Below are positions 53,468 to 64,000 of a stretch of DNA of 64,000 bases, in pieces. The stretch lies in the NCBI RefSeq assembly GCF_009914755.1, contig NC_060927.1; one strand, given 5' to 3'. The stretch is from the human T2T-CHM13v2.0 reference genome, Homo sapiens. Both the position numbers and the translations under genes were made by a program. The number at the start of each line of letters is the position of its first letter. Within the stretch, counting starts at the first letter, position 1. The notes beneath the pieces were generated by a model. The model was not told the DNA's origin, did no database searches, and worked only from the letters and a program-made list of their open reading frames with translations.

Positions 53468-54283
53468 CCTCACCAGTTCTCTTCTGAGGAAACAGTTTTA
53501 GACAGATTCAAAGCCCAGTTCAATGTAGCCAAGATTCTTTAATTTCTAATTTAGCTAATTAGTAGCAATACAAACTCTTGCCAAACAAGAAATGTGAATT
53601 CTTAAAGATTAAATTTTATTTTATCTCTATGTAGAGGTAGGAAACCAATCTTTTGGGAGGCACAAATTAGGATGACAGCCAACATTCATATATTCATTCT
53701 AAAATAAAGCCTTTATATGTAATGAATTATTTGTCATAATTCTAGAAAGTGGCATGTTCCAGCAATTATAATTATAAAGTATACTATTTTTGGAGAGTAA
53801 AATAGTAAGCCATATCATTAAGATCAAAATGATATTTAAAGGAAAACTGTAACTATGCCTTTAGTATATTAAAATTTGGTATTTTATACATCTGTCCCTA
53901 CAAAATAAAACACTTTTTATATGTTTTCTTTGGCTCACGCACAACTAAATTTGATGAGATAAAATATACAAATATTTGACAGGTTCAATTTCCTTTTCAA
54001 GTTGGATTTTAATTAATTCAATAAGCATGTATTGATGACCTACTGTATGCAATATATTTGGCTAATTTTTAGCATATTTGATTTTGCTCTATCATCATGG
54101 ATCGTGATGTTTGTGACTGGGGATATTTGTGACTGGAAGCTTTTTTTTTTCCCGTTAGCCAAATAAATAAGTAGGTAAATAAATGCTTAAAGACTTTTTT
54201 AAAAATCCGTGTGGTGTTATTTTTAGAGGTATATAATTTATCTAAGCTCCAGTTCCTTCCATTGGAAAAATGCATATTTAAAT

Positions 54284-56374
54284 GAGGTAATATGTATAAA
54301 GGCAATTGGTGACTGGGCACGGTGGTGTATGCATGTAATCCCAGAAGTAATATGTATAAAGGCAATTGGCGACTGGGCACGGTGGCTTATGCATGTAATC
54401 CCAGAAGTAATATGTATAAAGGCAATTGGTGACTGGCACGGTGGCTTACGCGTGTAATCCCAGAAGTAATATGTATAAAGGCAATTGGCAACTGGGCACG
54501 GTGGCTTATGCATGTAATCCCAGAAGTAAAATATGCATAAAGGCAATTGGAGGCTGGGCACGGTGGCTTATGCGTGTAATCCCAGAAGCAATATGCATAA
54601 AGGCAATTGGAGGCTGGGCACGGTGGCTTATGCGTGTAATCCCAGAAGCAATATGTATAAAGGCAATTGGAGGCTGGGCACGGTGGCTTATGCGTGTAAT
54701 CCCAGAAGTAATATGTATAAAGGCAATTGGTGACTGGTACGGTGGCTTATGTGTGTAATCCCAGAAGTAGTATGTATAAAGGCAATTGGAGGCTGGGCAC
54801 GGTGGCTTATGCGTGTAATCCCAGAGGTAATATGTATAAAGGCAATTGGCGGCTGGCATGGTGGTGTATGCGTGTAATCCCAGAAGTGGTATATATAAAG
54901 GCAATTGACGACTGGGCACGGTGGCTTATGTGTGTAATCCCAGAAGTAATATGTATAAAGGCATTTGGAGGCTGGGCACTGTGGCTTATGCATGTAATCC
55001 CAGAAGTAATATGCATAAAGGCAATTGGAGGCTGGGCACTGTGGTTTATGCGTGTAATCCCAGAAGTAATATGTATAAAGGCAATTGGCGACTGGGCACG
55101 GTCGTTTGTGCGTGTAATCCCAGAAGTAATATGTATAAAGGCATTTGGAGGCTGGGCACGGCGCCTGATGTGTATAATCCCAGAAGTAATATGTATAAAG
55201 GCAATTGGCGGCTGGGTACAGTGGCTTATGCATGTAATCCCAGAAGTAATATGTATAAAGGCAATTGGCAACTGGGCACGGTGGTCTATGCGTGTAATCC
55301 CAGAAGTAATATGTATAAAGGCATTTGGAGGCTGGGCACAGTGGCTTATGCGTGTAATCCCAGAAGTGATATGTATAAAGGCAATTGGCGGCTGGGTACA
55401 GTAGTTTATGCGTGTAATCCCAGAAGTAATATGTATAAAGGCAGTTGGTGACTGGGCACGGTGGTGTATGCGTGTAATCCCAGAAGTGATATGTATAAAG
55501 GCAATTGGCGGCTGGGTACAGTAGTTTATGCGTGTAATCCCAGAAGTAATATGTATAAAGGCAGTTGGTGACTGGGCACGGTGGTGTATGCGTGTAATCC
55601 CAGAAGTAATATGTATAAAGGCATTTGGAGGCTGGGCATGGTGGTTTATGCGTGTAATCCCAGAAGTAATATGTATAAAGGCAATTGGTGGCTGGGTACA
55701 GTGGCTTATGCGTGTAATCCCAGAAGTAATATGTATAAAGGCAATTGGCAGCTGGGTACAGTGGCTTATGCGTGTAATCCCAGAAGTAATATGTATAAAG
55801 GCAATTGGCGACTGGGCACGGTGGTCTATGCGTGTAATCCCAGAAGTAATATGTATAAAGGCATTTGACGGCTGGCACGGTGGCTTATGCGTGTAATCCC
55901 AGAAGTAATATGCATAAAGGCAATTGGGGGCTGGGCACGGTGGCTTATGCGTGTAATCCCAGAAGTAATATGTATAAAGGCAATTGGCGGCTGGCACGGT
56001 GGTTTATGCGTGTAATCCCAGAAGTAATCTGTATAAAGGCAATTGGCGGCTGGCCTGGTGGTTTATGCATGTAATCCCAGAAGTAATATGTATAAAGGCA
56101 ATTGGCGGCTGGCACGGTGGTTTATGCGTGTAATCCCAGAAGTAATCTGTATAAAGGCAATTGGCGGCTGGCCTGGTGGTTTATGCATGTAATCCCAGAA
56201 GTAATATGTATAAAGGCAATTGGCAGCTGGCCTGGTGGCTTATGCGTGTAATCCCAGAAGTAATATGTATAAAGGCAATTGGCGGCTGGCATGATAGCTG
56301 ATGCATGTAATCCCAGAAGTAATATGTATAAAGGCTATTGGCGACTGGGCACGGTGGCTTATGCATGTAATCCC
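54284..56374 (+). repeat. 60-bp minisatellite (VNTR-like), 35 units, derived from an Alu 5' junction
   Basis: Unit gaagtaatatgtataaaggcaattggc + gRctgggcacggtggcttatgcRtgtaatccca. The last unit runs into the AluJ body. Confidence 0.97.
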
Positions 56375-56664
56375 CGCACTTTGGGAGGCCCAGGTGGGAT
56401 GATCACTTTAGCCCAGAAGTTCAAGATCAGCCTGGGCAACAGGGAAAGACCAGTTTCTACAAAATATTTTAAAAGTTGGCTGGGTGCAGTGGCACGTGCG
56501 TGTAGTCCCACCTACCTGGGAGGCTGTGGCAGAAGTATTGCTTAGGCCAGGGAGATTGAGGTTGCAGGGAGCTGTGATCGCGCTACTGCACTCCAGTCTG
56601 AACCACAGAGTGAGACCCTGTCTCTAAAAATAAATAAATAAAGACATACATACATACATAAAAA
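56343..56664 (+). mobile_element. AluJ whose head seeded the 60-bp array
   Basis: cactttgggaggcc...gatcacttta gcccag...agcctgggcaaca...gagaccctgtctc, (taaa)/(taca) tail, followed by ataaaggcaa (TSD). Confidence 0.92.
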
Positions 56665-59600
56665 ATAAAGGCAAAAAGTAGGCCCTCAATAACTTGAGCT
56701 AATATCAATCTGTATTTCCATAAATTGGTATCATTCTGTGTATTCATAGTCTCCAAACCTGTTATAGTCCAGTCTTCGGCTCCTTTTCCTGTGGCTTTAA
56801 AAGTTTATATTAGATAAGTATAAGAATCACACTATGTACTTACCCTTAACTGTTTTACAGTTATTTTCAGATTTACATTTTCTGTGGTTACCAAATTACA
56901 AATGGCTACATATAAAAACATACCTTTCTGGAAAGTTTAGTTTCTCAAAGTTCAGAGGAAGTCATATGCGCTTATATGTAAAAATTATATAAAATATGCA
57001 TATGTTAACTTGTCATGTATACTTAAAAGATACCTAACAAAATTGAGAGTTCGCAATGATGTTACACAGATATTTGAAGCTGCAAATTGAAAAAAACAGA
57101 TATCCAGAAATCAGGCTGAGTTTATTCCCTAGAGATATTTGCAATTCCTCCATAATAGTGACAGAATTTGTGACTTTTAAACTAAAAATTTTGTATAACT
57201 ATATTTTACACAATTTTAGCCATCAACAACTTATATTAACAACTAAATTAAGTTATACATCAGGCCAGAAAAGATAGCAAATTTCTTATGTTCTGGTATG
57301 GGAAGAAGAAAGGGATTTTTAGTTTAAAATTTAGTATGCGACACAAAATGGCCAGATGGCGCACACAATCCATTTGTTGCAGGGCTTCTAGTTCTTTCTG
57401 TGCATTGGAAGAAAACCAGGTGACAAGTTAGGCAGCAGTTTTTATGTAGGCCATTTCCAAATTGCATATAATCAGAGAATAAAGATCTAGAAGATAACTT
57501 CCAACTAGAACAAGCCATTCTTAGTCAAAGTCACAAGAATTCACTCTTAATAATCACAAATGCTTTCTGTTCTCAAGCTTAAAAATCTATTCTCTATTTT
57601 CTTTGGACTCTCAGTGTTTTAGAATTTTTGCACACATAGTCTTATATTTTCCTCTTCACAGAATGGGATTGGCAGAAAAAATGAGAGAACTTTTTGCAGT
57701 TAGTGATTTTTTCCAAGATCACCAAGCTAGTAAATACACCATGTGATTCACATAAAACATGAGAATAGCCAATATGGGGTACCTAGAAATGAGGAGCATT
57801 GCAATTATAATACAAATAAAAATTATACCCCATTTTACTAGTTTGAATGATTACCACAATAAACATGGATTCATATGTTAGTCTGTGATAGAACCAAAGG
57901 AAGACATTTATGTGATTTTTTTTAATGGCACGCATCTGCTCGGGACAGGCTGTGCTTTTTAGAGGAACAACTTTATCCTTCAGTAAAAAATTCTGGAGAA
58001 GTGTGATATCGAAGCTCAATTAAACTTGATATTTAAAGTCTTTATACTAAAATAATGAATCTATTCATGAACAATACAAGAATGAGATTTGGCATGAAAT
58101 CTCTGTCAGTATATCTCGTATCAGTGCCTAGCTCGGATGCTAATTCACAAGAAAAACGATTGTCATTCTCCAATGTCAGACAGTTATTTGAAGCCTGTCT
58201 GCTTTTTTTGGTAAAGATACTTTAAATAAGGAACCTGGGGAAAGAGTTATGGATATTTACTGGCATGAAGAGGAAGACTGTTTACTGAATATAATTGAAT
58301 GGATTATTTTTTATGAGTATTGGTATTATTTCAATTTTCAATAAAAAAAATAAACTGGTATATGCAAAATCTTCATGCCGTGGGCCATATTGAAAGATAG
58401 TAAATAATTGAAATAAAATGCCAAGATATTGGTGGGGACTCGTCTGCACCTAGTAGGATCTCGATGTTACCTGAGTCCCCTCAGGTATTTTAAATATGTG
58501 CCAGAAGACAGTGCTTCTCAGGACATGATTTTTCTATTCCTAAAAATAATTTGCCAGGAAAAACAGACAAATGAAGACTAAACGTTTCAAGAGGGAACCC
58601 ATATAATGGATTAAATGAGGCATAGGATAGCAGTGTGTGAGGCACTTTGTATTAGAGCTCATTTAAAATACCATCAGTTACATGAGGTTTCAGAAAAAAA
58701 GAAAGCAGCCTGTGTTTTGCATAAACAACTGTATACAACGTATTGTAAAATGGGTATGAGGAATTAAGGAAAGAATGCCTTTTCTTCTGGTTTTCATCTT
58801 CCTTCTGGGTCCTAGCCAACTACAACAATTTGTTTTATAATCTTGCTTATGGCACCTTCCATGGCAACAGGTGCTTACTCATTTTGACAAATGTCACTTT
58901 ATTAACAATCGTGATGTATGCAAAGACGACTAACAATCCCTCTAGTTATGCAAAAGACAGGCACAGTACCCACTGGGGATCGGAGCCTACCGACTTTGTG
59001 ACAGCTCACAGTATATTTTCAGTATTAAAGCCAATGGAATATATATTGAATATATAGGTTGTTCAAGGATTGGTCCTGCTTTATTCTTGAGGCTTATTTT
59101 ATTTTCAATGTGTCCTGATTTGTTAAACTAGTTTTATGATGAGCGCACCTAAAGAGCATCTGTCTCCTATGCAAGAAATGGCCATGTTATAGTTATAAAC
59201 TTAGCAACATAGAAATAAACTTTGAAATGTAGGCAAATATTAGATGATATCTGAACATCATCTCAGCCACCTCACAGTTATTGAGATATTGTTTTCTAAG
59301 GCTAAGGTCCAAACACTTTGTCATATTTTTATATCTTGCATGTAGTAGGTAATTTATATACATACCAATCACACACACATACAGACACACACTCAATGTC
59401 ATAGCAATCTAATTAGAAATAAAAGTTTCTACATTTCAAATAATGTGGAGCAAAACTATAAAACATTGTCTTAAGTTCTACAAATTTTTTAAAAAGATGA
59501 TTCACAGGATTATAGAGGATATTGATCCAATTGAATAAAACATAAAGCCCTGAATACTTCTCCACTCTTCCGTTTTTATAGAAACTAAGAGGAAATTTAA

Positions 59601-60079
59601 GGATTTCCTTTTTAATGTGAAGAAAAATGTTTTGTTAGATTTTCTGATTAATGCCATTTAAATAATTAATTTGCCAACATTTAGGGAAATTGAGTATGCC
59701 CCTTCTCTAAAAAGCTTGTGTTTTCTCTTTAGGGTAACGTATAACAGAGATGCATAGGAAAATTCAGGGGTATGCTTTGAAATACTATTAGGAGATAGCA
59801 AATGGGGGATAGATGGATAAAATTTAATCTATATATTACTGGGCAATAGTTAAAAGGAATAAACTATCTCTAGATATACATAGATCTCAAAATTGGCCTC
59901 AAAAATGATATTGACTTAAAAAACACTAAGTAAAACATGGTGAATGTCACATTTCTCTGTGTAAATAGAAAAATAGAAAAAATATAACAATCATTGTTGA
60001 TATGTATTTAGGAAAGAAAGGATTAATAGTTTAATATTGAGAGTAGATTAGACACACACATATTAAGTATATAAGAATT

Positions 60080-62560
60080 AGCCTTTGGATTTGTTAATCT
60101 TTTTGTTTTAATCTGCTGTATCTCTATTTACTATTTCATTCATTATTATTGTCAGTTTTTATAATCGCATTTCTTCTGCTTGGTTTCTTATTTTTTCCCT
60201 AATATCTTAAGTTAGCTGTTGAATTTATCTGTTTTCAGACTTTATTGCTTTTTTGTATGTTTTAAATATGCTTTCCTATTTCCAAATCTACAAATTTTTC
60301 AAAAAAAATTGTTTTTTTCTGACTTCAAACTTAATTGTGTTGTGCTTAGAGAAATATATCTGTCTGATAATTCCTTGGAATTGGCTAATATTTGCATTAT
60401 GGCCTCCCCACATGGTTAGTTTCTCTCTGAAGTTCCATGCGTATCTGAGAATACTGTGTATTCCTTGGAATTGGCTAATATTTGCATTGTGGCCTCCCAA
60501 CATGGTTAGTTTTTCTCTGAAGTTCCAAGCGTATCTGAGAATACTGTGTATTCCTTGGAATTGGCTAATATTTGCATTATGGCCTCCCCACATGGTTCGG
60601 TTTTCTCTGAAGTTCTGTGCATATCTGAGAATACGGTGTATTCCTTCAAATTGGCTAATATTTGCATTATGGTCTCCCCAAATGGTTAGGTTTTCTTTGA
60701 AGTTCCGTGTGTATCTGAGAATACTGTGTATTCCTTGGAACTGGCTAATATTTGCATTATGGCCTCCCCACATGGTTTGGTTTTCTCTGAAGTTCTGTGC
60801 GTATCTGCGAATACTGTGTATTCCTTCAAATTGGCTAATATTTGCATTATGGTCTCCCCACATGGTTAGGTTTTCTCTGAAGTTCCGTATGTATCTGAGA
60901 ATACTGTGTATTCCTTGAAATTGTCTAATATTTGCATTATCGCCTCCCTACATGGTTAAGTTTTCTCTGAAGTTCCATGTGTATCTGAGAATACTGTGTA
61001 TTCCTTGGAATTGGCTAATACTTGCATTATGGCCTCCCCACATGGTTCAGTTTTCTCTGAAGTTCCGTGCGTATCTGAGAATACTGTGTACTCCTTGGAA
61101 TTGTCTAATATTTGCATTATGGCCTCCCCACATGCTTTGGTTTTCTCTGAAGTTCCGTGTGTATCTGAGAATACTGTGTATTCCTTCGAATTGGCTAATA
61201 TTTGCATTATGGCCTCCCCACATGGTTCAGTTTTCTCTGAAGTTCCGTGTATATCTGAGAATACTGTATATTCCTTGGAATTGGCTAATATTTGCTTTAT
61301 GGTCTCCTCACATGGTTAGGTTTTCTCTGAAGCTCCATGCGTATCTGAGAATACTGTGTATTTCTTGGAATTGTCTAATATTTTCATTATGGCCTCCCAA
61401 CATGGTTAGGTTTTCTCTGAAGTTCCATGTGTATCTGAGAATACTGTGTATTCCTTGGAATTGTCTAATATTTGCATTATGGCCTCCCCACATGGTTAGG
61501 TTTTCTCTGAAGTTCTGTGCGTATCTGAGAATACTGTGTGTTCCTTGGAATTGGCTAATATTTGCATTATGGCCTCCCCACATGGTTAGGTTTCCTTTAA
61601 AGCTCCATGCATATCTGAGAATACTGTATATTCCTTGGAATTGGCTAATATTTGTATTATGGCCTCCCCACATGCTTCGGTTTTCTCTGAAGCTCCATGT
61701 GTATCTGAGAATACTGTGTATTCCTTGGTAGGATGGGTTTGTTGATTTCTTCATATGTTTTGAGACAAGTTATTAGAGGCATCAAAGTTGAAATGAATGT
61801 ATAATTATCATTGTTTTATGATGTTTTCCATTCTATATGATGCTTTGTGCCTTAAAGACTTTGCTCTGTAATATTAATAGAGATACAGCAGCTTTCCTTT
61901 GACTAATATTTAAACTGCCTAATTTTTTTATCCTTTGTGTATCAGTTTTCCCATGCTTTTATTTTCATGTGTGATTCCTCGATAGTATAATCCTGGATCT
62001 TATTTTTTATTGAATTTAACCTTTAACTAGAAAGTTAATTTTTTTACATTTATTACGATGACCGTTATATTTGGATTCATTACCATCTTATTTCTTGCTT
62101 CGTATGTTCCTCTTTTGCTTCATCGCTTTTACTTTTTATCACTTTTTCTGCACCCTTTAAGTTTTTATTTAAATTCTATTTCCCTCTTTATTCTTTTAAT
62201 AGTTACCATGAAATTTTAACAGATTTGTTTACTTAAGGTCTACATTGATAATTTTCTCTATTCCCTCTTTATATAACATAGGGACCTTAGAATTATAAAA
62301 ATCAAATCACCTGCTATTTAGTCTTACTTATTGTTCCATATTTTAATTGTATCCTTTCTTTATTCCCAAATTTAATATTTTTGTTATTTCACACAGACTC
62401 TGTGGTTTATCTACATGCTTTCCATGTTCTTCACTCAATATTTCTTCTTGTAGCTCCAGCTTTCCTTTTGTGGTTATTTTCTATCTTGCTGACATGTCGT
62501 CAAAAGTTTGTTAAAGTGTGAATCTATTCACTTTTAGGTTTCCTAAAGGGAGTTTTAGTT
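60080..62560 (-). mobile_element. old L1 (L1ME/L1M5-like) ORF2 endonuclease region, expanded by the 90-bp array
   Basis: Minus-strand translations EYTVFSDTHGT and MWGGHNANISQF resemble the L1 endonuclease segment EYTFFSSAHGTFSKIDHMLGHKxxLxKF. Outer boundaries are approximate. Confidence 0.65.
60371..61728. repeat. 90-bp minisatellite, 15 units with no indels
   Basis: ttccttggaattggctaatatttgcattatggcctccccacatggttaggttttctctgaagttccatgtgtatctgagaatactgtgta x15, plus a terminal ttccttgg. Confidence 0.98.
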
Positions 62561-63213
62561 TTTCTTTTATGTTTACTTACATCTTACTTTTGAATTATTT
62601 CAAACATGACAAAATATGTGAGAGGAGTACAAATACTAATAATTCCTATATACCTTGCACCCACATCCTTTACTTATGTTTTACTGAATGCACTTTATCA
62701 TTCTCTCTCTCTCTTTCTTCATCCTCAGTGTTCATTTTATTACCATGTTGACAGGAAGAGTTGTTCTTGATATTAAGTAAGGATTTTAAATCAGCTTATT
62801 ATCACTGCAAATTTCCAAAACAGAGAAAGAAGGGTAACAGTGTGAATCTCTCTATGAATTCTAGTGGAAATGGAAATGTGAGTCCAAAATATTGCCTAGA
62901 TTGGAGGAAGGTCATAGAGCACTCAGAAAAAATATGATCATATTGCCATCATAGAAGCAATACATTTGTCTTTTGTCTCCTTACTTGTTTATATTTTTTC
63001 AACTATTTAAATCAAACAATTTGAGGTGAAAGTTCACCACCACTCTCACCTACCAATAACAAGATAGAACAATGGAAACATTATTTCCCAAACATGTGTT
63101 TTCATTTTGATGATAGTCAGCTACTAATCTAGATGCTTGATATAAGAGACATTATCTAAGCTCTGCCATACCTGTATCAGTAGAATTACGTCCCTATTAT
63201 ACATGAAGATATA

Positions 63214-64000
63214 CAGGCGTACCTTGGAGATATTGCAGATTCAGTTCCAGACCACTGCAATAAAGCAAACATTGCAATAAAGTGAGTCATACAAATTTGT
63301 TGGTTTTCCAATGCATAAAAAAGTTCATGTTTACATTACAATATAACCAGCTTAGTGTGCAATAGAAGTATGTCTAAAAACAATGCACATACTTTAATTT
63401 TAATATACGTTATTGCTAAAATGCTAACGATTATCTATTCCTTCATCAAGTTGTGATTTTTCACAGGTAAAGGGTTTGGTCCCAATGTTGATGGCAGCTG
63501 ACCAATCAGGGTGGTGGTTTCTGAAGGTTAATGTGGCTGTGGCAATTTCTTCTAACAAGGCAGCAATGAAGTTTGCCACATTGGTTGACTTTTCCTTTCG
63601 TGAAAGATTTTTTTTTTTTTTTGGTAGCATGTGATGCTGTTTGATAGCTTTTTCCCCACAGTAGAACTTCTTTCAAACCCAAATTCTGCCACTGCTCTAT
63701 CAACTAAGTTTCTGTAATATTCTAAATTCTTTGTTGTTATTTCAAGAATGTTTACAGCATCATTACCAGGAGTAGTTTCTATCTCAAGGAATGACTTTCT
63801 TTGCTCATCTGTAAGAAACAACTCCTAATGCATTAAAATTGTATCTTGAAACTGCAGCAACTCAGTCACATCTTCAGGCTCCACTTCTAATTCTAGTTGT
63901 CTTGCTGTTTCCACCACATCTGCATTTACTTCCTCTGAAGAGTTAAACCCCTCAAAGTCATCTATGAGAGTTGGACTCAACTTCTTCTAAACTCCTGTTA
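63214..64000 (-). mobile_element. Tigger1 DNA transposon 3' end with degenerate transposase C-terminus (continues beyond the window)
   Basis: ta-caggcgtaccttggagatattgc terminus. ORF 63552-63821(-) DEQRKSFLEIETTPGNDAVNILEITTKNLEYY..FERSSTVGKKLSNSI matches the Tigger1/TIGD1-type transposase. Frameshifted. Confidence 0.92.

Noticed and set aside
54688-55997. Two 396-aa ORFs and overlapping ORFs on both strands
   Set aside because: They arise because the 60-bp unit is a multiple of 3. The peptides are pure 20-residue repeats, with no promoter or splice context and no recognisable domain.
54338-56320. atcccagaa in each 60-bp unit as a STAT site, and Alu heads as SRP9/14-binding RNA modules
   Set aside because: The motif lacks the TTC half-site. 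The heads stop near nucleotide 33, short of the full Alu 5' domain.
54284-61728. CRISPR-like appearance of the regular arrays
   Set aside because: Units are homologous along their whole length with no unique spacers. The context is primate and there are no cas genes.
60253-61754. Hydrophobic 221/259-aa ORFs resembling membrane proteins
   Set aside because: They are translations of the 90-bp array, antisense to a dead L1, and are broken by a stop in unit 7.
63424-63821. Domesticated TIGD1-like transposase gene
   Set aside because: It is frameshifted at a poly-T run and has an internal deletion. This is an ordinary decayed Tigger1 copy.

Overview
This is AT-rich primate DNA (AluJ/S/Y and THE1 are present, so simian and human-like), with no protein-coding gene that the sequence supports. 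It is an intergenic or deep-intronic stretch made mostly of transposable-element relics: old L1 fragments, MIR, eight Alus, MaLR/ERV LTRs including two full-length THE1 proviruses, and Tigger/MER DNA transposons. It also holds one retroposed Y3 RNA pseudogene. All long ORFs in the track come from repeats. I found no new gene system. The unusual structure is in how the region copies itself locally. (1) A 35 x 60-bp minisatellite built from the junction between an AluJ 5' end and its flank. (2) A 15 x 90-bp minisatellite cut from an old L1 endonuclease segment, whose units carry octamer, CCAAT and STAT-type motifs. (3) A multi-step duplication complex at 5.7-7.4 kb. (4) An inverted templated copy of part of a THE1 LTR that lies 2.5 kb away. 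(5) About a dozen smaller tandem duplications. Repeat subfamily names come from recalled consensus sequences and need RepeatMasker/Dfam confirmation. Motif function is inference only.
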